Shown: positions 38,167-49,720 of the stretch, piece by piece
How the letters are laid out: every line of letters starts with the position of its first letter
Numbering within the stretch: the first letter of the stretch is position 1
Origin: Chlorokybus atmophyticus
Taxonomy: Eukaryota > Plantae > Mesostigma and Chlorokybus algae
Assembly: GCA_009103225.1 (NCBI GenBank)
Contig: RHPI01002220.1
Coordinates: 50,571 to 114,570 of the forward strand
Direction of reading: 5' to 3'
Length of the DNA stretch: 64,000 nucleotides
The notes under the pieces: model-generated
Database searches by the model: none
Told to the model about the DNA's origin: nothing
The model's input: the letters and a program-made list of their open reading frames with translations, nothing else
Position numbers and translations under genes: made by a program

Positions 38167-39700
38167 CGAATTGCTGATAGAACTCTGCCTCACACATACA
38201 CGCACGCACGCACGCACGCACACACGCTTAATGTGTAGGCCGCGCACACGCACGTGCACTATCATCGGGCCCCACCCACATGCACAGAGAGACGCGTACC
38301 CCGGTGTTTGCAAGCGCGTGTGCGCAAGCAATTCTGCATTTATGTGTGCAATTTTGTACCTCCCAACCACCCGGACAACGCGTGCAAAGAACCCTTTGCG
38401 AGAGCCTCGGCAGCAAACTGGCCTGCTTGCATGGGATGCGGACGTCATCTTTGCAGTTCGAGGACACTTGACGTGTGCTAAGCATATCAAGTCCTCAATA
38501 GCGAGACAGTTAAGAGAGAGAATTTATAGTTGGTGCTGACCGACAATGCTACACCCGACCACTCTGCGTAGTTGTTGCTGTGCCACCAAGGTTAATGCTG
38601 AGCTTGACGTCTCTAACAGTTCTCATCACAGCTTCACACCATTACACTACAAGCCTGTCGTTCTTGTCAGCGTTCTTGTCCTGTGTCAGCGCTGTAGTCA
38701 GCATGAAAGCAGCTGCTGCAATGGAGAGGAAGCTGCGTTCTTCTAAAACACAAGTCCGGCAAGCAGCCATGCCAAGCCTATCCCCCGCAAGCAACACATT
38801 GCAGCGTGCTGGTTCCAGCGGCTTGCTCTCTACCTCCAAGACGGCAGACGCTGCTGGCAAGCAACTACGCAGTCCAAAACCAACCTCTTCACTTCGTCCT
38901 GCCCAAAGTTCAGCACTGTAATACGTCTGCCACCTGCTCCGCCGCCGCCGCCGCCGCCGCCGCCAAGTGCGTCACTCAGTGCCTTAACGTCACTGTGACT
39001 GCAGTCGTTCAGTGCCTTAACGACGCTTGACGCAAGTCGTTCAGTGTTTTAATACCGGCACATGTCCATGCTGGCGGCAGAGGAAGTTGTCATCGCCGCC
39101 GCCGGCGCCGCCGTTGCTGCCGCTGTCACAGCCACCGGCGCTGCTGCGGAAGCATATTCGTGTGCTGTGGTGGTTGCTTGTTGGTGAGCATACAGCAGCT
39201 GTTGTTGTAAGGTGTTGCTGCTTGTATTAGGCGCCGCTCTCGCTGCTGCCGCCGCCGCCGCTTGGAGCCAGCTGTCCCGCTTGCAGGACGCTGCTGCTGC
39301 TGCCGACTTGCTGGACGTAGAGGGCTCTGCTGTGGTGTTTTGTTCTTGCACAGGTGAGCTTGGGTTGTCGAGGCTGTCGCTTTCGCCGCCGCCGCCGCTG
39401 CCGCGTGCCAACTGTAGGCAGCAAGCGGCGGCGGCGGCGGCGGCGGCGGCGCAAAGCGTAATTTCGCTTCAAACATGTTTTTGTTATTGTCTGAGCTTTA
39501 GCATGGACAGCTGCAGTAGCGCGGCTTCGCTGTCGCTGGAGCTCTAAGCTTGTAAAGCTTGGTCAGCATTGCTGTGTCGCAGCAGCTTGTTGTGCATGCA
39601 GCTACGTACAACTAGAGTGCAAGCTAGGAGTCAGCGCCGCGTTGGTCGACTAGCTGTAGTGTGGAAGATGTATTCAGTCACCAGCTGCTCCCCCCCCTCC

Positions 39701-40432
39701 NNNNNNNNNNNNNNNNNNNNNNNNNNNNNNNNNNNNNNNNNNNNNNNNNNNNNNNNNNNNNNNNNNNNNNNNNNNNNNNNNNNNNNNNNNNNNNNNNNNN
39801 NNNNNNNNNNNNNNNNNNNNNNNNNNNNNNNNNNNNNNNNNNNNNNNNNNNNNNNNNNNNNNNNNNNNNNNNNNNNNNNNNNNNNNNNNNNNNNNNNNNN
39901 NNNNNNNNNNNNNNNNNNNNNNNNNNNNNNNNNNNNNNNNNNNNNNNNNNNNNNNNNNNNNNNNNNNNNNNNNNNNNNNNNNNNNNNNNNNNNNNNNNNN
40001 NNNNNNNNNNNNNNNNNNNNNNNNNNNNNNNNNNNNNNNNNNNNNNNNNNNNNNNNNNNNNNNNNNNNNNNNNNNNNNNNNNNNNNNNNNNNNNNNNNNN
40101 NNNNNNNNNNNNNNNNNNNNNNNNNNNNNNNNNNNNNNNNNNNNNNNNNNNNNNNNNNNNNNNNNNNNNNNNNNNNNNNNNNNNNNNNNNNNNNNNNNNN
40201 NNNNNNNNNNNNNNNNNNNNNNNNNNNNNNNNNNNNNNNNNNNNNNNNNNNNNNNNNNNNNNNNNNNNNNNNNNNNNNNNNNNNNNNNNNNNNNNNNNNN
40301 NNNNNNNNNNNNNNNNNNNNNNNNNNNNNNNNNNNNNNNNNNNNNNNNNNNNNNNNNNNNNNNNNNNNNNNNNNNNNNNNNNNNNNNNNNNNNNNNNNNN
40401 NNNNNNNNNNNNNNNNNNNNNNNNNNNNNNNN
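39701..40432. other. Assembly gap, probably hiding the 5' part of the Agenet/ePHD gene
   Basis: N run flanked by C tracts. Confidence 0.9.
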
Positions 40433-40600
40433 GCCCCCCCCGCCGCAGGGGTGGGTTTGACCTTTTCATGTCTCAGCTTTAGGTTGACATTGCAGACGCA
40501 GCTTGGCTTCACTGTTGCACATCTGCACGTTGTGCTCGAGTGGTCTCAACAACACGTACCGTGTACAAGACTCCTTCACTCTCAGTCAGTGTCTGTTGCA

Positions 40601-42994
40601 GGCGCACAAAAGGGGAGCCATGATACAGCCTAATGTCAGTCATAAGCAGCGGGTGTGTGCACTTTGCCACAGCTCCGTAGAGGACGCAACACACGGACGT
40701 TTGCTGCCGTATGCCAGGGTCAGTACTGCATGTTTTGGTCCTGGTGGTTTCATCATCTGCTGAGTTGCATGCTTTCTTACATGAGTGTCTCCTGCAACAG
40801 AGTCGCACCACTTCTGCTGCAGCAGAACCCTGCAAGCCCGGAGATGCCGTAGAGGTGGCGTTCCCCCAAGGCGAAGAGCACCCCAGTGTTTGGTTGGAAG
40901 GCACGCTCGTGGAGCCACGGTTAGGCGATTATGCGATCAAGTATGCCTCATTTGTGAATGACGATCAGTCCGAGCTCGTGGAGCCATGCAGCTTGGATGA
41001 CGTTCGACCACAACAACCACCTGGTAGGTGCTAGTTACCTTCGCCAGAGCCAGCATCTATAGGCCCATTTCCGTTGATAATCAACTCTTGTGCCTGCTTC
41101 CTCTTTCTGTGCAACAGGTTTGGAGCTTCCCAGTAAGCTGGAGCGTGGAGATCCGGTAGACGTGCGCCATGATGAGTGCTGGTGGGAAGGCGTGTTCATG
41201 AAGTACGTTTCAAGAAAGTATGCCTCACGCGTTACAATACGGGTATGGTTTCCTGGAGCGTCCAGAGGCAACTGGGAAGAGAATGTGCGTTTGGATGAAT
41301 GCAGACCGGGCCTGGACTGGAAAGACGGCCGCTGGCAACGCCGTGTTCAGGTGAGTAGTAACATGTAAATAAACCCTCGCTGAAACCTGTGTCAGCTGTT
41401 GTGTCCTGCAACATGTTGGCTTGAACTGCTACCTGTTGCGTGACTCGTTTGTAACGCTTATTCCTTCCTTCTTCCGGCAGCCGTTTGTGCACGAGGTGTG
41501 CGCAAAGTGGGCAGGCATTCAGCGCCTACATGGACGCTTCCAAGGAGCCACCTCGGTGATATCGGCAGCACGAGCTCATGTACGTGCACTGTGCTTGGTG
41601 TACATGCGTTTGTGTGCCCGCGCCATCAGGTCAACTTGGTTGCTGGTCGGTCGTTTTGCAAGTTTTGCACTGAGTTTTTCCCTTTTGCAACAGGTGTGCA
41701 GCAAATGCAACCGACCAGGTGCAAGCATACCCTGCTGCAGCACAGATTGTTCCAGGGATTACCATTTCCCCTGCGCCGTTGACGCTGGTGCAATTGGGAC
41801 GAAGCAAAGGCATTACCCGCGGCCTATTGCATGCGGGATGCATGTCGAGGTACGGTTATGTACAAGCTCGTCAGTTTGAGATATTGCACAGCAGGACAGC
41901 AGCGACTGTTGGCTCATGGTTGTTGCGCACTGCAGTGTGTTGACCTGGCATTTGCATCGCAGTTCAACACGTACAAGCATGTGGGCATGAAGCTGGCAAG
42001 TGAGCGGAAAGAGTTTCCATATGGAGAGGTGAGTTTGAACTGTGTACCCTTCTGCCAGCCATGCCAGCTATGACTTATGAGCAATTAAGTAAGCGTACTG
42101 CCTGGCTGTCAAATGGCGAGCTGTCTCTCATTATCTGGACTTCGTTGCAGGTGCCAAGGAAGCTCGTAAAGAGACCATTCGCGTCTGCACCAACAGCGCG
42201 ACCTGCTGTTGCAGACCTGGAAGCAGCCGCGGCACTGCTGCAAGCGCACACAGACCATAGCACGCTTGACTCAGATAGTAGCCAACCCGCACCCAAGCGC
42301 ATGCGTCAGGATGCAAGCCCGGACTCGATACGCATAAGTGGTGATGGCGACGTAAGTGACGATGGGCATGCAGGCTCAGCATCAGGTACGCATTCTACTG
42401 TAGTCAGCGTCATGTGTTCTGCTTGCTGCCACACGAGTGAGGTTCTGAAACAAGTTGGTTTATGTATTTGTCTCCCATTTGTGAGCAGGCAGTCGTCATG
42501 AAGGCAGGGACAACAGTAATGAAGCTGCCGCGCACTTGCCCAAAGCCCATCTTCCCGGCAATGCATCGTCTGTGGCCCAACTTGAGGTCGAGCACGTGCG
42601 AGGCGAAGCGGCTGGTGCTGTGCCCATGTTGCTGTCATCTTCCAGTAACGCAACGAGGCAGCGCGGTCTTCCTCTCATCGACCTCAACGCCGACGGCGAG
42701 GGCTTGCTGATGCCATGCAGGGACTTGAGCCCCGAGGAGCGAACGGCACAGTTGGAGAAGGCTTTGGCGGACGCTGTGGTTAAGGCCGAGCGCTTTGAGC
42801 GTATGTTCTCACTGGAGAAGAGGCGGCATGCTCAAACACGTGCGGATCTTGAAGGCATGCAGGCGCAGCTGGAGACCGCGCTGAAGCAGTCCATCTTGGT
42901 GCGCGCAGAGTGCGATCAGAAGGTCATGCACGTCGCGGCTCAAGCCAGGCTGGCTAGGCAAGCACTCGACGAGTTTGTGCAGCTACACTCATGA
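40601..42994 (+). CDS. Chromatin-reader-like protein: ePHD (zf-HC5HC2H-type) finger, two Agenet/Tudor-like domains and a C-terminal coiled coil; 5' end unresolved
   Basis: Exons: RVCALCHSSVEDATHGRLLPYAR | KPGDAVEVAF...SVWLEGTLV...YAIKYASF...ELVEPCSLDDVRPQQPP | GDPVDVRHDECWWEGVF...ENVRLDECRPGLDWKDGRW | PFVHEVCAKWA | VCSKCNRPGASIPCCSTDCSRDYHFPCA...IACGMH | ... LEKALADAVVKAERFER...FVQLHS-TGA. Confidence 0.8.
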
Positions 42995-43668
42995 TAGTGT
43001 CATCGTTGTTGAGGGTGCACTTCTTGCGCACTCTAGCGCGTTTGTTGTTGCTGTTGTGTATACATTGTGAATAGCTTGGTGTTGCGTTGTTGGGAGGTAC
43101 TTTGCAAGGTGTTGCATGGGTTGGGGCATGCATGAAGCCAACATGGCATGCACAAACATACTTGCAACACATGTACAACAGACAGGCAGGCAGGGCAGCT
43201 TTGCTGCGCGGCTTTAGGCAGAGATATTGTGATCTCAGCTAACTCTCTGTACTAGTGAGCCATCCCTCCTTCCCTCCATCCTCCATCAATTCATCAGGTG
43301 TAGTGAGCGCAGCAGTCGCTGTCTTGGTCAATGCTGAGGCCAGCAGCGGTTGTAGCGAAATGAATGGTTACATGACAAACCCCAGCGCAGATCATAGCTA
43401 CACCCGATACTGGCAGCCCCCACCAACGGTTCCTGAGTACTACAACCCACGGTGTCACCCGTGTTTGTTTGTTGTCTTGTTGTTGTTTGCACAAGGGTTA
43501 TCCATGCTGCTTTTACACATACGGGATTGTATGCATTGCGATGCATCAGCACTGCAGAGGCATGTCGAGGGCGGAAACAGATGGCTACAGATGCGCAACA
43601 GGATGCAGCACTGCAAACCACTGAAGCGTTATTGTTGAGCACATATTGTCAGAGTGATGACGTGTAGC

Positions 43669-46600
43669 TCAATCAGAATCATCACTCAGGATGACTTTCC
43701 GCTTCTGCTTGACAGGAGTCTCCTTTGCTGGAGGCGGCGGTGGGTCATCATCTTCGCTCAAGTCCTCATCATCACTCTCGCTGGACGCCCTTCCTCTGGC
43801 GGGAGGGCGCTTCATTGATTCGTATGTGGGTCTTCGTGTTGGCTCATACGCAGGCCGGGACTTCTTTAAAGAAGGAGGGGGCAAGCGCGAGGATGATGAG
43901 GGCGCGTCGCGCTTGGCGCGGAGGATCCGCTGCTCAGCTTCGGCCTCCTCCTCGCCCGTGAGCATCCGTCGTGGGTTGGTGTCGTTGTCGGCATCGTCCA
44001 TGTCCTCCTCGAGGAAGCGAGCTGATAGGGCCTGCTTTTGCGTTGAGATCGGCGGTGCCTGGTATTTTTTCGCCACCTTGTACTGCATCTTCTCCAGACG
44101 CTCCACCTGAGCCCGGATCCTCTGCTCCTCTTGCTGCTCGCACAACATTGCATGAGCATGAGATATCCACATCCACGCAATGAACTCGCCCAACCCAACA
44201 GTTTCCGACCACAACACAGGCACAAGCACAAGCACATACGCACCAGCGTGCGGGCAAGCACGCAATCACTCAAGCTGGCCAATCACACAGTGCAGCAAAG
44301 GCAAGAGATTTTATTATCACCGACTACAACCGAGCAGCAGTGTCAGGTTCATGAACCAATAGTGCCGGCCATGCCACCGGATAAAGCCGTCAACAACACA
44401 ACAGCACGACAACAACACCATACAGCACACAACAACAATCACGACACAGCCATACCGCGTGCAGCTCCTGTTCGGCAAGTTTTGGGTCTTTGACGGCAGA
44501 GGTCTTTTTCATGCGTACTGTCTTGGCGTGGCGCTTGTCAATGGCGGCGGCGAGCATCTTGTGTGACTTGGACGCGAGACTCGAGGGTCGGTAGTTAAGG
44601 CGTGAGGCGATCTGGCCCTGACCCTGGATGAGCCCCTCGTGCCGCACAAACAGGAACGAGTTGTCCGTGGCCACGCTCTGGAACACCACATCTAACACCT
44701 CTCCGCCGAGAAGCAGCTGCATGCTCCCGTCAGACCACTTCACCAGACGCGCATTGGACTCGTGCACCTCATTCCCGGTATCCTCGTCATGCGTCACGCG
44801 CCACCTTACTGTGTTCGCATCCCTCAACTGTGTAGCATTCATCCCGTCGACAATTGGCGCAGCGACACAGTAAGAGACAGACACACACGCGCAACCAGCA
44901 GGGGGGCATCTATGCTTGGTACACATAAGCATGTGTACCAGAGTGTGTGTGCGTGTGCGCATGGTGTACAAAGGCACATGGTAATTCTCTACCTATACGG
45001 AATGGCTGTAGAGTTACGCATGAGACGGCGCACACAGGATAAAGTACAAAGACAAGACTTGCCTTGATGCGCTGCTGGCCCTGATCATCAAGGTACGCGT
45101 CCTCTTCAAGCTCAAATGTGTCGGGGTCAAACGGCTTTGTCTCGACTCCAAGGATGTTTGAGCACCGAATCACATGCAACTGCAGAAGAGAGCATATTGC
45201 AATCTGTTGCCTAACTGCACAATCACTAAAGGGCGCACACGTGCACACACATGTGCACGCACGCGCGCATGCACGCACTCATGTTTAACTACTTGCCTGG
45301 TCGTCGGTGCCGACAGGCGGGTCCAACAACGGCGCTTCCAGGTGGAGAGGAGGACCGTACTCAATCTTCTTCTGCTTCGGGTGCCGGTTGTCGTCTGATG
45401 ACGCTTCAGAGTCCGAGTCGCGATGATCCCTGGCCACCAACGCTTTTCTGCTGTCACCTTCCGGCTGCGTGAAGAACAACTCTGTGTGTGGGTGTGCGCG
45501 TGTTTGTGCACGCGTGTGCAGGTGTGCATGCATGCGTGCGTGCATGCGTCCGTGCATAACCATCATCGGCAAGCAGACCAAACCCTTTTCCGAGTCATAT
45601 GCAAGCGTGTGATCGCATCATTACAAGAAGCTTGCCAGCGTCGAATGAAACAGCCATGACCTGTTCATTCGTACCAAAATGGATGTGAGTACGTGTATGT
45701 TACAGTACACATCTACATGCCCTTGTGCACGAGACAGTCAGCTTAAGGTTGCGAGTGGAGCAAACATGAGAACACACAAGTCCACCAGTAAGCAGCCACT
45801 GCCGCCACCATGAAACAATTACAAGACGCAACCACACAACATGACGCAATGCAACTCTAAACAACACGACACGCTTACTTCGCTGTCGCTTTCCACACTT
45901 TTGTCGGCTAGTTTGCTCAGCTTGTGCTTTGCGGGCTCGATTGCTTTGCCTTTCACTCTGCCTCCCCCTTCATCGTCATCATCCAAAAGCTTGTCCCGCT
46001 CTTTATTCGATTTCTTTGAGGACTTGTCTCCATGCCGCTTCTTGTCCCCACTTTTTTTGTGCTTGGACTTGTGTCTGCCGGAAATGTTTAATCAACATGT
46101 TGCATTGGAAGCATGCGCGTCTCACAATAGGTAAACACCGTCCGATTGACCTTGAGCAAATGATGTATGCGTATGGACAACCAGCCAGTGCAACAGTGCA
46201 GACCCGGAACATGCTACAATTGCTGCCATACGCCTCAGGTGCATTGCAACCTAACCCCCAACTAGGATGTAACTGGCCGCAGTTGCACTGGAGTTTTTGT
46301 ATGTGTTCGAAGCCTACGGATCATCATGTTACGCAACACCATTTGCGTTCACCATCAGCTTGCATGCTGGTAGGCAATGTAGCCAATACAGCTTGATGCC
46401 TACAGCACACAGACTCTGCAATGGAAGTGCAATTATGGACTAAGTCAGTGGTCTCCATTACCGTTTGGCCTTGTCGCTGGCATCGCTTGCGCTGGGCTCC
46501 TCCTCCTCCTCCTCCTGGCTGGCGGCGTCGCTGGAGGAGGAGGGGCTGCTGGCATCGCCATCGCCCTCGTCATCATCATCCTCGTCATCGCTACCTGCGC

Positions 46601-46808
46601 CTGCCCCGCCTTTGCCCTGAGCTGCAGTGAGCGCCAGCGGCTGCTCTGCGGCCTGTTCAGGCCGCCTGGCCGGAGGCGGAGAGGAGGCCGCCTGGTTCGT
46701 GGGACGGCGCTCCTGCTGCTCTTCCTCTTCCTGCTCGTCCTCGCTGTCGTCGTCGTCCTCGTCGCTGCTGCCAAAGACGTCCTTCATCAACGCCTTCTCC
46801 TGCGCCAT
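43669..46808 (-). CDS. LEO1: RNA polymerase II-associated PAF1 complex subunit LEO1 (VIP4-like)
   Basis: MAQEKALMKDVFGSSDEDD acidic N-terminus; IRCSNILGVETKPFDPDTF; NTVRWR; ESNARLVKWSDGSMQLLLGGEVLDV; YRPSSLASKSHKML; ends KVILSDDSD-TGA. Two GC-AG introns. Confidence 0.93.
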
Positions 46809-47500
46809 TGCCGCCTCTGCCCCCGCCACTGCTATGTCAAACAAAAAGGTGACACTCTCCTTGAGCAGTTGCACACTAAGTTCTGTTGGCTTTCCTCCTG
46901 AGTTGAGTCTGAGATGAAACCAGCAGGTTGGAACCAGTGTGTTTTTGAAGAGACTGTTGATCTGTTTGTGCCTTCTGTGCCTTTGTTTCACTGACTTGGT
47001 GCAAGCTAAACATTGTCACTTTGCATTATGCTATAGCTTGCAATGCATGCCTTGAGTCTTGTTGCGCATGTGCACAACTGCACGGGCAACTGATTGCGTA
47101 CCAGTGATACCGCATCTGCTCAGTCACTATGTACTGGCAGGCGGAAAAACTGCTGACAATATGCGACAAACTGGCAACTCCAGTCAGTGAGCAAGAACGC
47201 ACCGTTCTACAAAGCCAATGACCACTAGCTCCGCCCGTTACTAGCGATGAGTCCATCACTGGTAGAAACATGCGACCGTCACAACATTATGCAAGCCGTC
47301 TTGCACACAGATTTAACTCTCAGCTTGAAGCTCAACAGAAAGTCAATGGTGACAATGCATGATCTAATGCCTTCGCTGGCGGATGGCACTGGTGAAAGAT
47401 TTATTCAAGGTGACCTGACAAAGGCACGCAACCCACTAGACTCTCTGCAGCGCTCAACACATCCAGCAACCATGTGACTGGCATGACAAAGCTGCTCATG

Positions 47501-49449
47501 TCATACAAAGTCGGAGAAGCTGTCTTCATCTGGCTGTTCTTCCGCCCGTTCAAACTCTTGCCACGCTACTTCACGCTCTGCTTCGGACAAGCGCTGCTGC
47601 GTGGCGACAAACAAGCAGCGGCTGCACTGCGCATCATCGGGTAATTCGCGGCCGAGCTCGTTGGCCACGGCTGAGAGTTCCCGCACATCAGCTCGGAAGC
47701 CATTTTCGGCAAGCATCTCGGACGGCGTGGACGTGTCGGACCACATGCTGCTCAGGTAGTCTTCCATTTCCTTGCACAGGAGGATATGTTGGCACACTGC
47801 CACTTGCAGCACAACGAAACAAGACTATGTAGCACGAGGGTTGACTTACTGGCATTAACAAAACGCTTGGCAGCTCGCCTATGAGCGTGCTGGACGAAGC
47901 CATCAGATCACTAGCAGCAGAGAGAACAGATTGTAACCCTTCATTTGAGAAAGCTCTGATGCCCTGCGCAAGAGTTGGATGAGCCCCACGCTTTGCAGAT
48001 GAGCAGGAGACCGTCCAGATTGGTGCACACAATATCTGACTGATGTACGCAAAGTTTTTATGGTTGACAAACGCAGCAACACTGCAGACTGGTTACCTGC
48101 AGCACCCACACAGACGATCGCGTGCCGGAGTACCCGGCCGTGAGCAAGCTGTCCTGCCAGCTGTCATCGCTCCTTTGCGTGTCTAAGATCACGGTTCGCA
48201 GTACACGGCCTTTGGGCATTCTGACTCCTGCGTCTGATTGGAGCGGCCTGCGTCAGTAGTAGGCAGAGTACTCTCAGCTGTAAAACTCAACAATGCACAA
48301 CAATGCTGTGCAGCGCCGAGGCAGCAGAAACTATGCAATCAACAACAACACAACGCAAGCTGTGCACCTTTCAAAAGTTGCCGCGCAAGGATTGCAGCAT
48401 CCTGAGGTGCTATCTCAAATATAACCGTGCCTTGAGGCCAGGGCAATCTATATGGTCGTGTGTCAAAACCGGGACCGATGATGACAACCTGAACAACACA
48501 ACAAACTTGTGTAATGTGAATTGTGACAGATACTCCTCACCATACGAAGACATACGAGAGGTTGAGCACGTAATGCAGTGACAGAAAACAATTTCAGGCT
48601 TTACACTAAAAACTTCATTGGCATTGGAAGTACTCGTGACAGTGAGAATGGCACATGCACAAGCATGTATTGTGTCTTGCTGGCAAGCTTACCTGGCGCA
48701 GTATACTGTCTGCATGACAGACAAGACTCTGCAACTGGTCATCGATGAAGCGCGTCGCCACAGCGTCATACGCCCACTGAGCCTCGTCCACGCTGTTTGG
48801 CAAAACCACATCTTGATCGCCCACCAGAGCAGCAGCGTATGGGTCATTAAACAGCCTATCTGCAGTCCATGTGCATTAGTTGCAATGCACCTAAGTGGAC
48901 AAACAAATGCTTAATTGAATAGCAGCAATACAACAGCAGCGGATGATACGCACCTGGTCGAGTGCTTTCTTGTGCGCGCATCTCAGCAAACTCTGTCGCC
49001 GCTTGCGACCCAAATGACGTTCGCCACGAGTCGAACGTCGCGCTACAGGCGACGCCTCTTCTTCGTGAACTTGTTGTTGAACCCACCTGCGCACACACCC
49101 TGAGCACAGAGAGCCTTTACAGCGCAGCATGACAGCTTCGTTGCAAAGCAACTCCACCTGACGACCACATTGGCTACGCACTACACAATAGCAGGCATGC
49201 ACAACACACAGAGGACATACATACACCAGAAGCAGCTCACATGTTGAGTAGCAAACTTGCGTGACTCACCATGCCATGCCGGCAACCCCGCCCATGGGCC
49301 CGCAAACTCCATGTCAGCGCCGCTTTGCGCCCCCCATCGCTGACGGGCCTCAAATCTACCATAACAGCACGCCGCGTATGCTGGTCCCCTGACACACTGG
49401 CCACTAAGCCCACGCCCCACCCCGCCGCCGCCGCCGCCATCGCCACCAT
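47501..49449 (-). CDS. SAM-dependent methyltransferase, LCM (leucine carboxyl methyltransferase)-like family, probably plastid-targeted
   Basis: DRLFNDPYAAAL, AVATRFIDDQL, VVIIGPGFDTRPYRLPWPQGTVIFEI, WQDSLLTAGYSGTRSSVWVLQG, acidic end DSFSDFV-TGA. Confidence 0.85.
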
Positions 49450-49692
49450 AGCGACAAACGCTGCGCCAGTGTCACACTGTAGGCACTGCTAGGGCTTGAA
49501 ACTCGTGTCACTCTCTTGTGCGGCTTGTGCGGCTTGTGCAGTTCCGCGCCTCTCACGTGTTCGTTGGCTGCATTGCCGGCTCAAAATATTGTCAACACTT
49601 TCCCCGCAGCGTTTTGCTCGCTGTTGCTGCCGCTGTGGCCGGCGTCGTCGGCGTTGTGGATGCTTGGCAGGGATGGTGGGTTGGGGTTAGGT

Positions 49693-49701
49693 TTAGGGTT
49701 T
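49693..49701 (-). promoter_or_regulatory. Telo-box in the approximately 270-bp head-to-head interval between the methyltransferase and DNAI3
   Basis: TTAGGGTTT 20 nt upstream of the DNAI3 ATG; divergent ATGs at 49449 and 49721. Confidence 0.4.
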
Positions 49702-49720
49702 TGCCTGGATAGGCGGCCAC

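Noticed and set aside
38712-39546. Ala-rich ORFs on both strands before the gap
   Set aside because: GCC/GCT low complexity; no consistent exon chain or motif. May be the 5' end of the Agenet/ePHD gene but cannot be shown.
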